From an uncultured virus (IMG/VR IMGVR_UViG_3300020474_000006) (lineage: Duplodnaviria; Heunggongvirae; Uroviricota; Caudoviricetes; Kyanoviridae), in the IMG/VR virus record IMGVR_UViG_3300020474_000006, positions 1 to 64,000 of that record: a stretch of DNA of 64,000 bases. One strand, 5' to 3'. Below are positions 45,000 to 57,100 of the stretch, piece after piece. The notes below the pieces were generated by a model, which was not told the DNA's origin, did no database searches, and was given only the letters and a program-made list of their open reading frames with translations. The translations under genes were made by a program, and so were the position numbers. The first letter of the stretch is position 1. The number at the start of each line of letters is the position of its first letter.

Positions 45000-47900
45000 T
45001 TAGGCTAAAGCAATTACTCTCAAGTCCTTAATTCTAGGAACATAACATTGATTCCTAGATGTTAGATTTAGTTTTACTCTGTAAGTTTTAAACGAAGGTA
45101 GGTTATCGATAGAGAATGTATATTCTCTATAATCAACAAGAGCGGAATCATGAGCCAGAGTATTGGATTTAACTATGAATACATCTGGTTGACCGTTATT
45201 ATTTTGAGGGGCAATTACCTGACCTCTAGTATTGAGGTTAGAATAACCTGGGAATGGTGAGAAGATTGGTTCAAATCCAGGTTCGTTTGCTACAGAATAG
45301 AATGCTCTAATATCTGCATCAAGATTGATATGAGCAGAAATTATAACTTTAATAGAAGATGCTGAATTTTCTAATACAATTTCCTTAGAAATATATTGAC
45401 ATGCTGTTGGATCTTCTTCAATACTATCTACTCTAGAATCAGTTGCATAATTTGTAACAACATCATTTACTCTGTTTGATGTAAGTACAGCACTTACTCT
45501 TTGAGTATCGATAACAGGGGTAAGTCTCGTATCAACAGTGTTCAAGAACATCCTCATGTTCATTGATTTAGACCCAGGAACTGTAGTTAGGTTTGCATCT
45601 TCATTAATTTTAGATGCAATCATTCTTGGAGAATCAAAATAATTCTTTTGATTGATGATGATATCATCAAATCCTGCATTTAAGAAAGGAACTTCTGTTC
45701 CACTGAAACTCTTGGACGTAGTAGTCCTTAGTTCAGCACCAATGGTTGTTCCAGGAACTGTCATATTATGTACATTAGGAGTAATCAATTCAAATGGCAT
45801 ATTCTGAGTTGCTCTAACCTTTGTACCACCTGTAGATTTAGAACGATTGAGGGATAACTGAGGAAATCCAACATCAGTATTTCTAGCAGTTCCCGTGTTT
45901 CCACTTACATCGAGTTTAATTTTATAAGAATCGAATGTAAACGGATTAGATTCTGTCACATCTGCTAGAGAATGCGTTTTATTAATACGATCAAGACTTA
46001 TACCAGACAATTCATATTTAAATACTGGAGTTCCTGCTGGATATGTCTTTGGATTACGACCTCTTACAATAGTTCCCCCAATAGTATTTCCAGTTACATT
46101 TGTATATGTAATTACTTCATCACCAATAAGAAGTAAACCTGAGTTAGTTGTGCCAACTCCAACATTTTCAAATGTAGCAAATGTTGCACCAAGTCCAACC
46201 GTAAGACCTGATGTAGAATCTGCTGGATACGCTGCAGAGAGCGTTGTTGGTTTGATATCTGGTTTCACTCCAGAAAGTCTAACACTATTTTCAGTAAAAT
46301 ACATTCCATGATTTTGATGACTGATGTTCATGTGCAGACCATCGTTGATAGTAACAATAGATGCAATTTGAACATCTCCTCCAGGAGCACCTGGAAGATC
46401 GTTATTTAATGTCTTGGCAACTCCAACGCTGTCGAAGTAGTTCATTGACTTACCACCACCAACAACAAAGTTGCCTTGAACGTTATCGAGGATAATTTCG
46501 TTTGTAACTCCAATTCCAGTTACGGTAAGTTTGGCATCTCTGCCGATGGTAGCAATACCGATAGTAGAAATTCCAAGAACATCTCCAACTACATAACCAG
46601 AACCTCCCGCAGTAATGGTTGCTCCAGAGGCAACGATACCACCATTAAGGATACTAATTTCTGCAGTTGCACCTCTACCACTACCTGTCAGAGTGACGAG
46701 GTTAACGCCAGCGAACGTATAAGAACCACTGGCAGGCGTATAACCTATGCCAGGGTTAGATACGCTAAGAGTCCCTGTTACGGAACCAGCAGTACCTACC
46801 AGGTCTCCTGTAGCGTTGGTTCCATCTTGGAAGAAGGTATTTCCAATTTGATATCCAGAATCTCCAACAGTTGTTCCCAGACCAACTCTAATTTTTTTAG
46901 ATGCGATGGAAATAGGATCAGGAAGTAACTTAGCAATCTGAGCGTTTCCTTGCGTGAGTTCTGGACTGTAGAATTCAACACTTCCACTTTCAACAAAATC
47001 TGCCCTATACAAAGTAAATTTAAGATCTTCCCACTGACTTGGTTCCCAAGTGGTATTATTTTGAGATTTGAATAGAGAACCAAGATATGGTTGGTTAGAG
47101 ATAAACGTATCAGTTAATAAGTCATTTTCGCCAATTCTAGAAATATATACAGTATACTTAGTAGAGTTGGATGCTAAACATATTGCATATTCTGTACCAC
47201 CTTCAACATAAACAGGTGATTTAAATTGAACGTTTGTAGCAACAGATCCGTCAGAAGAAGTTTGAATATCAGATGGGTCTAAAACAATCTCAGAACCAGG
47301 AAGAATTTTAGTGGTTGGGAGACCATTGTCCATAGATCTCAGTTGGAAGACAACGGGAACATCCAAATCATCAACTGTTCTGAAGAAAACATCACAACTG
47401 GTTAAGAAACAACCAGTTTCGTCTTCAACTAAGAAAGACTGTGCAAGTGGATCATACCAAGTAATAATTGTTTGAGTTCTTTGTTGTGTACTGACTACAT
47501 TAGAGTTAACTACTTGAGTACCAAGAGTTTGTTCCACGTTTCTATCTTGGAATTCTCTTCTTTGTTCTATCCTTGCATTTCTAACAGAAAGGATATTTTC
47601 TTGAACCGTCTCTAAAGTGCCAGTAGAAGTAAATGCTTCTTCTGCAATAGTAGATGCTAAATCCTGATTATTATCAATATCATTTACTAGAGTAAATGTT
47701 TTTGTTCCTGTTTCAAATTTAGGGAAGTTGGGATTATTTGGGTTAGGAATAAAGAGACTACCAATAATAGTAGATGACAAATCAGCAATGAGTCTTACAT
47801 CATCTAAGGTAGCTTGTGCTCCACTTGTTTCTCCAACAAACGTCATTCCTGTCTGAACATACCCAAAATAACTACCTTGGGGTTGTTCAGAAAGAGAAAG

Positions 47901-50900
47901 AGTATCAACGTTTAAAATTGTCGATGTTGAAGAATATGATCCTGAAAGTGGGCGATTGGTATAAGGATTTTCGCGGAAAGTTTTTGTTGGGCTATCATAA
48001 GCACCCTCTCTATGATTTGATTGAGCGACTCTAAAGGTAATTCTAGGAGAAGTCTCATTAGACTCCTCAGAAAGTCCTGTCCTTACAATTGTACCAACTA
48101 CAGTTTCTCCAACTTGGAATGTTCCGCTAGTCATGGAAATTTCAAGAAGTTTAGGTACACAATATCGGGTAACATCTATCCCATCAAAAAATGCATACAA
48201 TCTTGTAAGGGGCTTCATTTTTCTAGAAACAAATTCAATGTTTCTAGATCTCATGTTTGCAATCAAATCTCTACTAATAGTTCTGTCTCCTAGAGAAGTG
48301 GTATCAAATTGTTCAGTAACAATAGTTCTAGAACCATCTCTAGATTGAACACCACTTTGAACTCTACTTACAATAGTTTCTTCAACGACTTGATCAGTAA
48401 CTTGTCTGGTTTGGACGCTTCTTCGTGATCTATTACCAGGTCCTTGACGATGAATAGTAGCAGGACCATTATTAATAACTCTTCTCCTAGTGGTAGTTTC
48501 ATCGGTAATGCCACCCCAGTTAGTTTCCCAAGAATCCCAAAGAATTGGACCAAACCCAGTTTGAGGGTCAACTTCTCCATTTGCTACAAGTGCATCAAAA
48601 GTTTCATTATAGTCACCTTCTTGCAGGATAGTTTTTGCTTCTAAACGAGTTGTATCCACCCAACTATCAGTTGATGGAGTTAACTCCATAGTTCCATTCC
48701 AAAAACTAATAAGGAATGGAGTAACGCTTTCAGTTCTAGTTGCAAATGCTTGAGTAATATATTCAACCTCAGCATAATCAAGAGTTAAGATATCATCTCC
48801 TTTTCTTACATTATTACCTTCAATAGCAGCAACACTGGAATCTGCATTAGGGTCTCTGTCAACAACAGGACCAAGAATCATGTCAACCGAATTGGTATAA
48901 TGTTTTGGTCTAAGTTCGTTATACTTTATATCAATAGAATTCTTAATATCAAAACTATCATCTTGAGTTTGGAATCCAGAAAAATTATCTACGAAGAATC
49001 CTGATTTAAATCTGTTTAAACCTTCGGAATCAGAGACAAATAAGTTTGCAGTTTCTTTCTCTAACAAAGAAAGAGTAGTATAATATTCAAGACTTCTAAT
49101 TCTATCTTCAAGTTTTTTGATATCCTGCATACGATATCTTTTATGCTGATTAAATGCTAGTTTTGCGTCACTAACATTAAAGAGATATGGGGGCAATTCT
49201 ACAGTACAAATTTCAATTGCATCATCAACAGGATTTGGATTTACGGGATCATCAGAAGGAGTTCCATAAACAACCTGAAATCTTCCATCTTTAGAGAGGA
49301 AAACTCTATCAATTCTTCCTTGATAGTAATCAACATCTGCAATAATAGATTCGTCAGATGCTAAAATATTTTGAATCGATTGTCCCGCACCATTAAAAAC
49401 TCTCCCTGCAAATTCCAATGGAGATCTAACATTCTCAGCAACACTATACTCAGAAACTCTTGGTCTTAAATCAATAATATCACTGGTCCTATATCCATTA
49501 ACTGTCTTGATTTCCTCAGAATAATCAAAGTTTTTATACGAATCTATAGTTATAATATCACCATTATCAGTCGTATCAAAATAAGCAGAGGTAAAGTAAA
49601 TCTTTAACTGGTTTACTGGTGCGCTGCTCTTTACTTTTCTTTTTATAGATCCATAAGAATAAAGAGTATCTTCTTGACCAGTTCTGAATGTGTAGTTTGA
49701 AGAAATATTGAAACTAGGTGTAGACAAAGTAGAAACTCTAGCACTAATATCAGACTCGTCAAATTCAACAGTTTCACCCTCAATGAGAACTGATTCATTT
49801 TTATAGATAAGAGAAATTGTAGATGCATCTACAATTTCAGCAACTATGGCTACAGCACCACTAGTTTGACCAACTATTCTTTCTCCGATTAACATATCAG
49901 AGGTAGTTGTAGAAGGACTAATGATGTTGAGAAGGGATACTTTAGGAGCAGAAGCAACACTTGTATCCGCAGATTCAAAAATTCCTTGAATTGAGATAAT
50001 GTCTGGAGAATTTAAAGAAATTAATTGGTCTTCAACTCTAGTCCCATATGGATAGTTTCCATAAGTAAGACCATTATTCAGCGTAGTGGTTCCAATTCCA
50101 GATCCTTGAAGTCTAGATTTGTCAACAATGATAGATTTTACTTTATTTTTAATTTTTACTTTAGACTTTGGATTTGTTTTTCTTAGGGTGGCAATCAGAG
50201 TTGCTCCACTATTATCGGTTCCAAGATTTCTAATCTGTAAAGATTTTCCATCTGACGATAGTTCAAATCTATCTGAACTAAGTTGTTCAGTTTTTCCATC
50301 AGATCTGATAAGAACATATCTTTCATCATCAAATGGAAGGAAAGTTTCATTAGGTCCTGCCGTTGCCTGAACAGAGAGTTGACCAGAAGAAATATCAACA
50401 CTGATAGTTTTTCTAATCGTAATAATGGATTCAGCAATATCTACTGCTGCTACGTTCGGTTTTGGTAAAAGAGTATATAAAGTATTATCAGAAGATTTGG
50501 AAAGTTCGGTATTGAGAACTTGCAAATCTGTAACATTTAAGGTCGCTGCAGGTAAGAATCCACTTGCAATTCCAGAAACAGTCGCAACACCCTCAATACT
50601 AACAGTTGCAGTGCCAACACCAGTAACTCTGGCAATAATTGGGTCCTCAGTTAGTCCTGGCGTAGTATCAGTATACCTAATTAAATCATTTTCCCTGATA
50701 ACTGTTCCAGGAAACAGTTGATTTGAAGCAGTAATCGTGCTAACTCCACCAGACTTGGGACTAATTGTTGCAATACCAACTGTAAAATTATTAGATTGAA
50801 GTATATTCGCACTAAAAGTATTAACTCCAGTGATTCCATTAGCAAGATCTAAAGTATTTGAAGAACCATATACGGATTTTACGTTAGAAATTTTATTTTC

Positions 50901-52544
50901 AGTAACTGCAATAGCAATTCTTCCATCTTCAAGTCCATTAAAAGAGAGTCTCTCATTAGAAACAAAAGTTCCCTTACTATCATATACAGTAACAGCGGTT
51001 CCTGCACTTACAGGATGTCTTAAGAAACCAGTAGCACCGCTAGAATTTCCTTTTACGAAGGTAGGAACAGTTAGAGTATGTGCCTGATTTAAAGCAATTT
51101 CAGTTGTTGTCTGCACATCATACAGGGACAAATCCCACTGGTTTGTATTTGCGTTAGATGTGCTATAAGTTCCAGATTCAAGTCTAAAGTCATATACCCT
51201 TGCAAGACCAATTTCTTTTCCTGGAGCACTTTCAGAATTAACTCCAACTCTTTGATCTCGTAAACTTATAACGAAAGTATTACCAACTCCAATTGTAGGT
51301 GCTCTATAAACACTATTAATTTTGAAAGTTGCACCTGTGTTATAAATGAAATTTTGATTTTCTAAAGTTTTTGTAGTTCTCGGTTTATCTACATCAATAT
51401 ATGTTGTATTGAGAGTCTCAATTTCATATCCCTTTACATATGCCTTTCCAGGGGAGAGTTTGTACAGTGCAAGATTATCGGTGGGAGTTGCTCCTCCAGA
51501 AGTAAATTGTCCTGCGTTAAATACTCCATTATTTCCAGTTTGATCGTTTAGTGACTCTGCAACAGAAACATCAAATGGTCTTACATAATAATGACCAGAC
51601 TCATCAAAAGTTCTTCTTGCCAGAATATCGGTCCAGTCTTTATTGAGGTATCCACCTCCCTGATTTGTCTGTAAAGAAGCAGTTTGAATAACCCCATTAA
51701 TTACAGTTGCTAGTAAAATGAAATTATCATCACTAAAATCATCTAAAGGTTTTTTAAATAAACTTACACTAACTCTAAGTCTGTCTGCACCAGGAGCAGC
51801 ATAGTTATTAAATCCTTGAGAATTATCATTAAGAGATTCGTCTAAATCTGCAGTAACGATTTCTTCATCAACGAAAAAACCAATCCTATAACTTGGAGTA
51901 TTGCTATATTGATCAAGAACTAAAGTTTCTCTATTAACATTAACAAAACTACCCCTAATAAAGTAGACACCATTCTCTACAGAAAAAGCAGACCCAGTTG
52001 CAGCAGCATTAGATGCTATAGTACTTGCAAAAGCGGACCCAACGGGAATAGTTGTATTACCAAGTAGTCCAGAAATAATAACTTCATTACAAGTTAATGT
52101 TTCCGCATCAAAAAATGTTTGAGTCTGGTTATTTGTTGTACTGGAACCCAAATAATTAACATAAAGGGTTATATTTCCATTTTCAGAATCTTCAGGTAGG
52201 ATAATACTATCAACAACAGCAGTTACACCAGATCTAACTCCAGTGATTTTTGTTCCAATTAACTGATCTACATACGCAGATACAGGAACCCCTTGAAAAT
52301 TATTATCTAATTGAATTGCATAATATAATCTAGTATATGCAGTATTTCCAGGAATTACCTTAGCACCTTCTTTAAAAAAGTGCAGACCAAATTTTTCAAT
52401 TTGATTTTGCAGTATAGACTGGAGACTTGTTAGCTCTCTTGCCTGAATAGGATATCCGGGTTTGAATAATACCTTATGGTAATCGTTAGCGGGATCAAAA
52501 TCGTCAAAATATGGCGCTACGTTGAGATTCGTTTGTTGAGGCAT
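45000..52544 (-). CDS. large virion structural protein (VrlC/DUF4815-like)
   Basis: NLNVAPYFDDF, QARELT, APGADR, RTFDESG, FKSGFFVDNF, DPLAQSF; follows gp8. Confidence 0.88.
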   Translation of the reverse strand: MPQQTNLNVAPYFDDFDPANDYHKVLFKPGYPIQARELTSLQSILQNQIEKFGLHFFKEGAKVIPGNTAYTRLYYAIQLDNNFQGVPVSAYVDQLIGTKITGVRSGVTAVVDSIILPEDSENGNITLYVNYLGSSTTNNQTQTFFDAETLTCNEVIISGLLGNTTIPVGSAFASTIASNAAATGSAFSVENGVYFIRGSFVNVNRETLVLDQYSNTPSYRIGFFVDEEIVTADLDESLNDNSQGFNNYAAPGADRLRVSVSLFKKPLDDFSDDNFILLATVINGVIQTASLQTNQGGGYLNKDWTDILARRTFDESGHYYVRPFDVSVAESLNDQTGNNGVFNAGQFTSGGATPTDNLALYKLSPGKAYVKGYEIETLNTTYIDVDKPRTTKTLENQNFIYNTGATFKINSVYRAPTIGVGNTFVISLRDQRVGVNSESAPGKEIGLARVYDFRLESGTYSTSNANTNQWDLSLYDVQTTTEIALNQAHTLTVPTFVKGNSSGATGFLRHPVSAGTAVTVYDSKGTFVSNERLSFNGLEDGRIAIAVTENKISNVKSVYGSSNTLDLANGITGVNTFSANILQSNNFTVGIATISPKSGGVSTITASNQLFPGTVIRENDLIRYTDTTPGLTEDPIIARVTGVGTATVSIEGVATVSGIASGFLPAATLNVTDLQVLNTELSKSSDNTLYTLLPKPNVAAVDIAESIITIRKTISVDISSGQLSVQATAGPNETFLPFDDERYVLIRSDGKTEQLSSDRFELSSDGKSLQIRNLGTDNSGATLIATLRKTNPKSKVKIKNKVKSIIVDKSRLQGSGIGTTTLNNGLTYGNYPYGTRVEDQLISLNSPDIISIQGIFESADTSVASAPKVSLLNIISPSTTTSDMLIGERIVGQTSGAVAIVAEIVDASTISLIYKNESVLIEGETVEFDESDISARVSTLSTPSFNISSNYTFRTGQEDTLYSYGSIKRKVKSSAPVNQLKIYFTSAYFDTTDNGDIITIDSYKNFDYSEEIKTVNGYRTSDIIDLRPRVSEYSVAENVRSPLEFAGRVFNGAGQSIQNILASDESIIADVDYYQGRIDRVFLSKDGRFQVVYGTPSDDPVNPNPVDDAIEICTVELPPYLFNVSDAKLAFNQHKRYRMQDIKKLEDRIRSLEYYTTLSLLEKETANLFVSDSEGLNRFKSGFFVDNFSGFQTQDDSFDIKNSIDIKYNELRPKHYTNSVDMILGPVVDRDPNADSSVAAIEGNNVRKGDDILTLDYAEVEYITQAFATRTESVTPFLISFWNGTMELTPSTDSWVDTTRLEAKTILQEGDYNETFDALVANGEVDPQTGFGPILWDSWETNWGGITDETTTRRRVINNGPATIHRQGPGNRSRRSVQTRQVTDQVVEETIVSRVQSGVQSRDGSRTIVTEQFDTTSLGDRTISRDLIANMRSRNIEFVSRKMKPLTRLYAFFDGIDVTRYCVPKLLEISMTSGTFQVGETVVGTIVRTGLSEESNETSPRITFRVAQSNHREGAYDSPTKTFRENPYTNRPLSGSYSSTSTILNVDTLSLSEQPQGSYFGYVQTGMTFVGETSGAQATLDDVRLIADLSSTIIGSLFIPNPNNPNFPKFETGTKTFTLVNDIDNNQDLASTIAEEAFTSTGTLETVQENILSVRNARIEQRREFQDRNVEQTLGTQVVNSNVVSTQQRTQTIITWYDPLAQSFLVEDETGCFLTSCDVFFRTVDDLDVPVVFQLRSMDNGLPTTKILPGSEIVLDPSDIQTSSDGSVATNVQFKSPVYVEGGTEYAICLASNSTKYTVYISRIGENDLLTDTFISNQPYLGSLFKSQNNTTWEPSQWEDLKFTLYRADFVESGSVEFYSPELTQGNAQIAKLLPDPISIASKKIRVGLGTTVGDSGYQIGNTFFQDGTNATGDLVGTAGSVTGTLSVSNPGIGYTPASGSYTFAGVNLVTLTGSGRGATAEISILNGGIVASGATITAGGSGYVVGDVLGISTIGIATIGRDAKLTVTGIGVTNEIILDNVQGNFVVGGGKSMNYFDSVGVAKTLNNDLPGAPGGDVQIASIVTINDGLHMNISHQNHGMYFTENSVRLSGVKPDIKPTTLSAAYPADSTSGLTVGLGATFATFENVGVGTTNSGLLLIGDEVITYTNVTGNTIGGTIVRGRNPKTYPAGTPVFKYELSGISLDRINKTHSLADVTESNPFTFDSYKIKLDVSGNTGTARNTDVGFPQLSLNRSKSTGGTKVRATQNMPFELITPNVHNMTVPGTTIGAELRTTTSKSFSGTEVPFLNAGFDDIIINQKNYFDSPRMIASKINEDANLTTVPGSKSMNMRMFLNTVDTRLTPVIDTQRVSAVLTSNRVNDVVTNYATDSRVDSIEEDPTACQYISKEIVLENSASSIKVIISAHINLDADIRAFYSVANEPGFEPIFSPFPGYSNLNTRGQVIAPQNNNGQPDVFIVKSNTLAHDSALVDYREYTFSIDNLPSFKTYRVKLNLTSRNQCYVPRIKDLRVIALA

Positions 52545-52550
52545 AATTCT

Positions 52551-54104
52551 TTAGAACTGCAAAATAACTTTTATGTCTTCTTTTTGGTTTGACGATCTGG
52601 TTATAGATGGTCTGTTGTCAACGTAAATAATATTTCCAGAGTGTTTTTTAACCTCAGGACTGGCAACACCGCTCGTAAAACTCTGACCAAGATAGTAAGT
52701 ACGATTATTTATTACCGTAGATATACCAGTAAAGTTTTCATCAATATTTAAATTTGAACCAGTAGATGGACTGATGGATAAACTTCCACCTGTTCCGGGA
52801 GTTGATGTAAATTCGGTTAAATCAAATCCGTATGTGGGTTGAGTTTGTGCTGTTCCAACCGTATTAAATCCGGCAAGACTCCTGTCCTGCCAAAATTTAA
52901 GAATTCCAGTAGTCTGATCATAACTAACAACTCTTCCTACAGCAGTTGATCCTGTGGATACCGTTTGAGTAAAATATGAATCTGCTGTAAAGGTTGCAGT
53001 ACTATACCCAGTTCCTACCAATTTAAGTGCATTTACAGCAGATGCTTTACTCAATTCTAATTTTGAGGACGAACCAAACTGTTCTGGATTTTCTACAACA
53101 CCAATTCTGGATATTTGATTTCCAGTAATAAAATCTGGATTTTCATTATCATTTTCAATTCTAGAATAAAGAAGTACGTTGTATGCTCCCAATTCTCTAT
53201 AAACGTCTGCACCATGCCCTCCTTGTGGAGGAATAATTACATCAAAGGTTGGTCTAGTGGTTCCTGTAGGAACTCCACCAGCAACCAAATCGATATTTCC
53301 ATAAGTGTAACCCGAACCCTGATTGGAAACAATTACTTGTCCTACTTGCTGATTACCATTGATTACAATAGTACATTCTGCTCCAGTTCCATCTCCTCTG
53401 ATAGGAACTCCTGTATAAGTTGCATTTGCCGTTCCTAAACCAACTCCACGATTGGTAATAGTTGCAATTTTTATGCTACCATCAATCGAGTTATCTCTAA
53501 CTGCTGCATTAGTAGTTGCAGTTCCCCAATTTGCCGGAACTGGCATATATTGGGTAGACTCAAATTTTACTACCTCACTTGGTTTAATAGTATACAAATA
53601 CTTCCAAATATATCCATCACCACTAGTTCCTGCACTTCTTGGTTCCAAATCAGTGAAAGTTGGTTCATCTAAAGATGCCCTTCCTGTAGGATTGTCTGGG
53701 TCTATTCCGTTGTGCAGGCAAATATAAACTCTAAAGTCACTATTCATTACAAAATAATTTGCAAGATATAATGAAGTTGATCCAGAAATCTTTGCTGTGT
53801 TAGTTCTACTATAATCATGACGATACATGTCATAAGCAGTACCAGAACTCCATGTTCTTTTTGGAACTACTTGATTTGCATCAGAAGTCTCAATCTTCTT
53901 GAGAGCAATCATTGTATCCCAATAATCGTTCTCTTGATCAAAATTATCTTTAGGTGCAGGAGGATCAGTATCCCAATCACTTTGATAATCTGTAGGATTA
54001 GGTAACCCAACAAAAGAATAATAAGAGTTGCTGGAATTATTCACTCCAGCAATAAAATTCTTTGCGTTTAATATCCTAATCTGATCCGTTATAATAGCAG
54101 CCAT
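52551..54104 (-). CDS. gp8: baseplate wedge subunit
   Basis: YDMYRHDY, FRVYICL, DGYIWKYLYTI, SGNIIYVDNR, EDIKVILQF. Confidence 0.93.
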   Translation of the reverse strand: MAAIITDQIRILNAKNFIAGVNNSSNSYYSFVGLPNPTDYQSDWDTDPPAPKDNFDQENDYWDTMIALKKIETSDANQVVPKRTWSSGTAYDMYRHDYSRTNTAKISGSTSLYLANYFVMNSDFRVYICLHNGIDPDNPTGRASLDEPTFTDLEPRSAGTSGDGYIWKYLYTIKPSEVVKFESTQYMPVPANWGTATTNAAVRDNSIDGSIKIATITNRGVGLGTANATYTGVPIRGDGTGAECTIVINGNQQVGQVIVSNQGSGYTYGNIDLVAGGVPTGTTRPTFDVIIPPQGGHGADVYRELGAYNVLLYSRIENDNENPDFITGNQISRIGVVENPEQFGSSSKLELSKASAVNALKLVGTGYSTATFTADSYFTQTVSTGSTAVGRVVSYDQTTGILKFWQDRSLAGFNTVGTAQTQPTYGFDLTEFTSTPGTGGSLSISPSTGSNLNIDENFTGISTVINNRTYYLGQSFTSGVASPEVKKHSGNIIYVDNRPSITRSSNQKEDIKVILQF

Positions 54105-54128
54105 TTGACGCAGGTTTTTCTTTATTTA

Positions 54129-57100
54129 TTAGGAGTTTGCGGTATAATTTTTAGACTTCAAGAAGTTTGTTCTAACAACTCTAGTCGAAGTAGTTATACC
54201 AGAAGTGTATGCGGTGTAAGAACTTGTGAGATCTCTAGAGGAAACATCAATTCTTCCCCAACTAAAGTTACCGAAACCAGTATCGGAAGTTGTGATTCCA
54301 GTGCTGTATCCCGAAGGAACAGCGGTAGCATCAACAAACAATCGTTTGACTGTAGTTGATATTCCAACAACATCTCTAGTCAGTGTCTCTACATTAGAGA
54401 CCTCGTATATTCCATCAAATGTGTTTCCCATACCAACGTTGGACTTCTTAATCATGAAGTAATCATTTGCTTGAATAGATGTTATTGTAACGGCAGTTCC
54501 AGCAACAACTGTATTTCTAAGGAAGGAATCATATGGAATATGAATATCAAAGATAAATTTAGGACCAGCAGTGGTTCCAAATCCAACAACAATACCATTA
54601 TCACCAGAATAAGTATTTACACTACATGCCTCTTCAGTATGTCCTGGAGGAGAGATAAGAACAGTAGGCACGCTTGTATATGTATAACCAACTCCGGGTG
54701 AGGTAATTGCAACACCAGTCACAGTTCCACCAGCACTTATAGTCACTGTACCAAATGCTCTAGACGCAGAGGTGTAACCGAAACTTACTGTTGCAGTGCT
54801 ATATCCAACACCACCGTCAGATATTACAACGGAAGAAATAGTTCCAAACCCAGAAACAACAGCTGTTGCAGATGCACCAACTTTTGGTTCTTGAGCAATA
54901 AATTTAATTTTATCTTGGAACTGTAAGTCTGCTGCCTCGTTTTGTGGATTAAATAGTGGTCTTAAACTATCGACATATACTGCAGTTGAACCTACACCAA
55001 CATTTTTAATAATGTATGCTGTTGGATTAATAATGGGTTCATAGAGTTCCCTATCTTTTCCTGTTGGAATACCATCAATAATCTTATCTTCAGTTTGTCT
55101 GCACCAGGTAACTGGTCTTTCTAAAGTTACATCATTAGTATTTCCTGGTCCAAAGTAAGGATTTGTTGCAACATTGCCGGTTGAAAGAACGTTAAGAACA
55201 CTTCTTTCATCTTCATCAAGACTTTGTGCTTGAGAACCAGCCATATGTTTGAGTTGTAACGTATCACCTTTCTTAACCGTTTCGATTACATCTCTAAAAA
55301 TAACGTCACTATCACCATTTCCTTTATAGAAAATAATGGTAACAATATCACCAATCTTCAGTGCCTCAGTAAAGGTGAGTGTGCTTCCCCCGGTAAATTC
55401 ATATCCTACACCTGGTTCCTGTAAAATGTCATTTACAAAAATAATCAATACATCTTGAACATCGATTTTTGAACCTGGAGAAGAAACAATTGAAGTAATT
55501 GCTCCGTTCAATTTAAGAGGGAAATCTTTTCTTGCTCCATCAATAAGGTCTTCAATATTATCAAGAACCTGTAAAGTTCCTACAGACCAACCTGCAAACT
55601 TATCGTCTGCAATTTCATCGACAGTAACTTGGAACTCATTCCCAGAATAAGATGATGTAGTTGGTATTCCTGTTGTTCCTCCGATTGCAACTGTTAATAT
55701 AGCGCCATCTCTATAACCATATCCAGTATTATCAATTTGAAAATCAATAACGCTGGAACCGTTACCAACTACAACATCGATAGTTGCTTCAGTTCCAACT
55801 CCAGCGGCGGAGGAAGAACTGTAGAATAAGCGCATATTTGAATATGCTGTGGGGTCATCAATAACAATATCAATCGGTTTTTTGACAGTTCCACATCTTG
55901 CATAGAAGTGCGTGCGAGTAGAAACACCCGTGTTTATTTCAAAATTAGTGCTATCAATAATTCTGAGAACACTTGATCCTTGTGATGCAGGATCAAATCC
56001 ACTAGCGGAGTTGTTACTAACTCTTGGTGCAATAAGAGCAGGTTGTGCCACACCACCACTTTGATAGAATGTTGGAACAGTAGAAACTCCAACATTTATA
56101 ACAAATTCGGTAGTACTGGGAACAGAAGTTACTTTAGAACCACAATATGCAGGATCAGTTGTTCTTGGATAAACATGAGTAGAAGATCCACCGTCTAAAC
56201 CACAAGTAAATGCCAATCCAGTAAGAATAACGTCACTTTTTTGTCCTGTAGTGGAAAGATTGTGAGCAGATGATGTAGTCACTGTCATGATACCACTTAT
56301 GTTGTCATAAATGGCATTACTTACATTAACAGGACCAGAACCACTATAATCGCATGTAAATGCAATTCCAGAAACAATAATCTCTTCGCCAAAAGATAAT
56401 CCATGTGCAGTGGAAGTTGTAACAGTTGTCAATCCAGTTATGGAATTATATCCAACGTTTGATATGGAACGAGGTGCATAGAAAACTCTATCAGTTGTGA
56501 TAGCTACTGAAGTTATGTTACCTGCAGAAATAGAAGCGATTCCAACTGGAATAACAGTAGATCCAGAGACATCTGGCAATCTTACTCCGACAGAAACATT
56601 TGTTTGTATTCCAGACCTATAACCAGAACCACTATTACCAATCGATACTGAAGTGATCGTACCAGCAGAAGATACAACTGCCGTGCCACCAGCAGCAACT
56701 AAAGGTTGATAACCAAATCCTTCAGTCGAACCAACAGAAACTATAATTCCACCTTTAGGGAAACTAGAAATTCCTACATCAGGTCCAAGAGGAGTTTGTG
56801 GAGAAGTGCCATTGAATGTTACAGAAGTAATTCCAGAATTCTCAGACAGAACATAATCTTTATCCGAAGAAGGAACTTGGAAAATATCATTAATTAGAAT
56901 AATTGCATTTTCATTAGTAATTCCCGTTATATTACTACTAGATTGTTCTAAAGTAAATTGATTAGTAGTCCCATTAAACTGGTCATTAATATTATCGAAG
57001 ATATAATTTTTATTGTAAGAATTATTAGATCCTCCAGTTATTCCCGACCTAATAAAACTTCTTCCTTGGAAAGTAGAACTTGTCGTAATTCCAACGTAGT

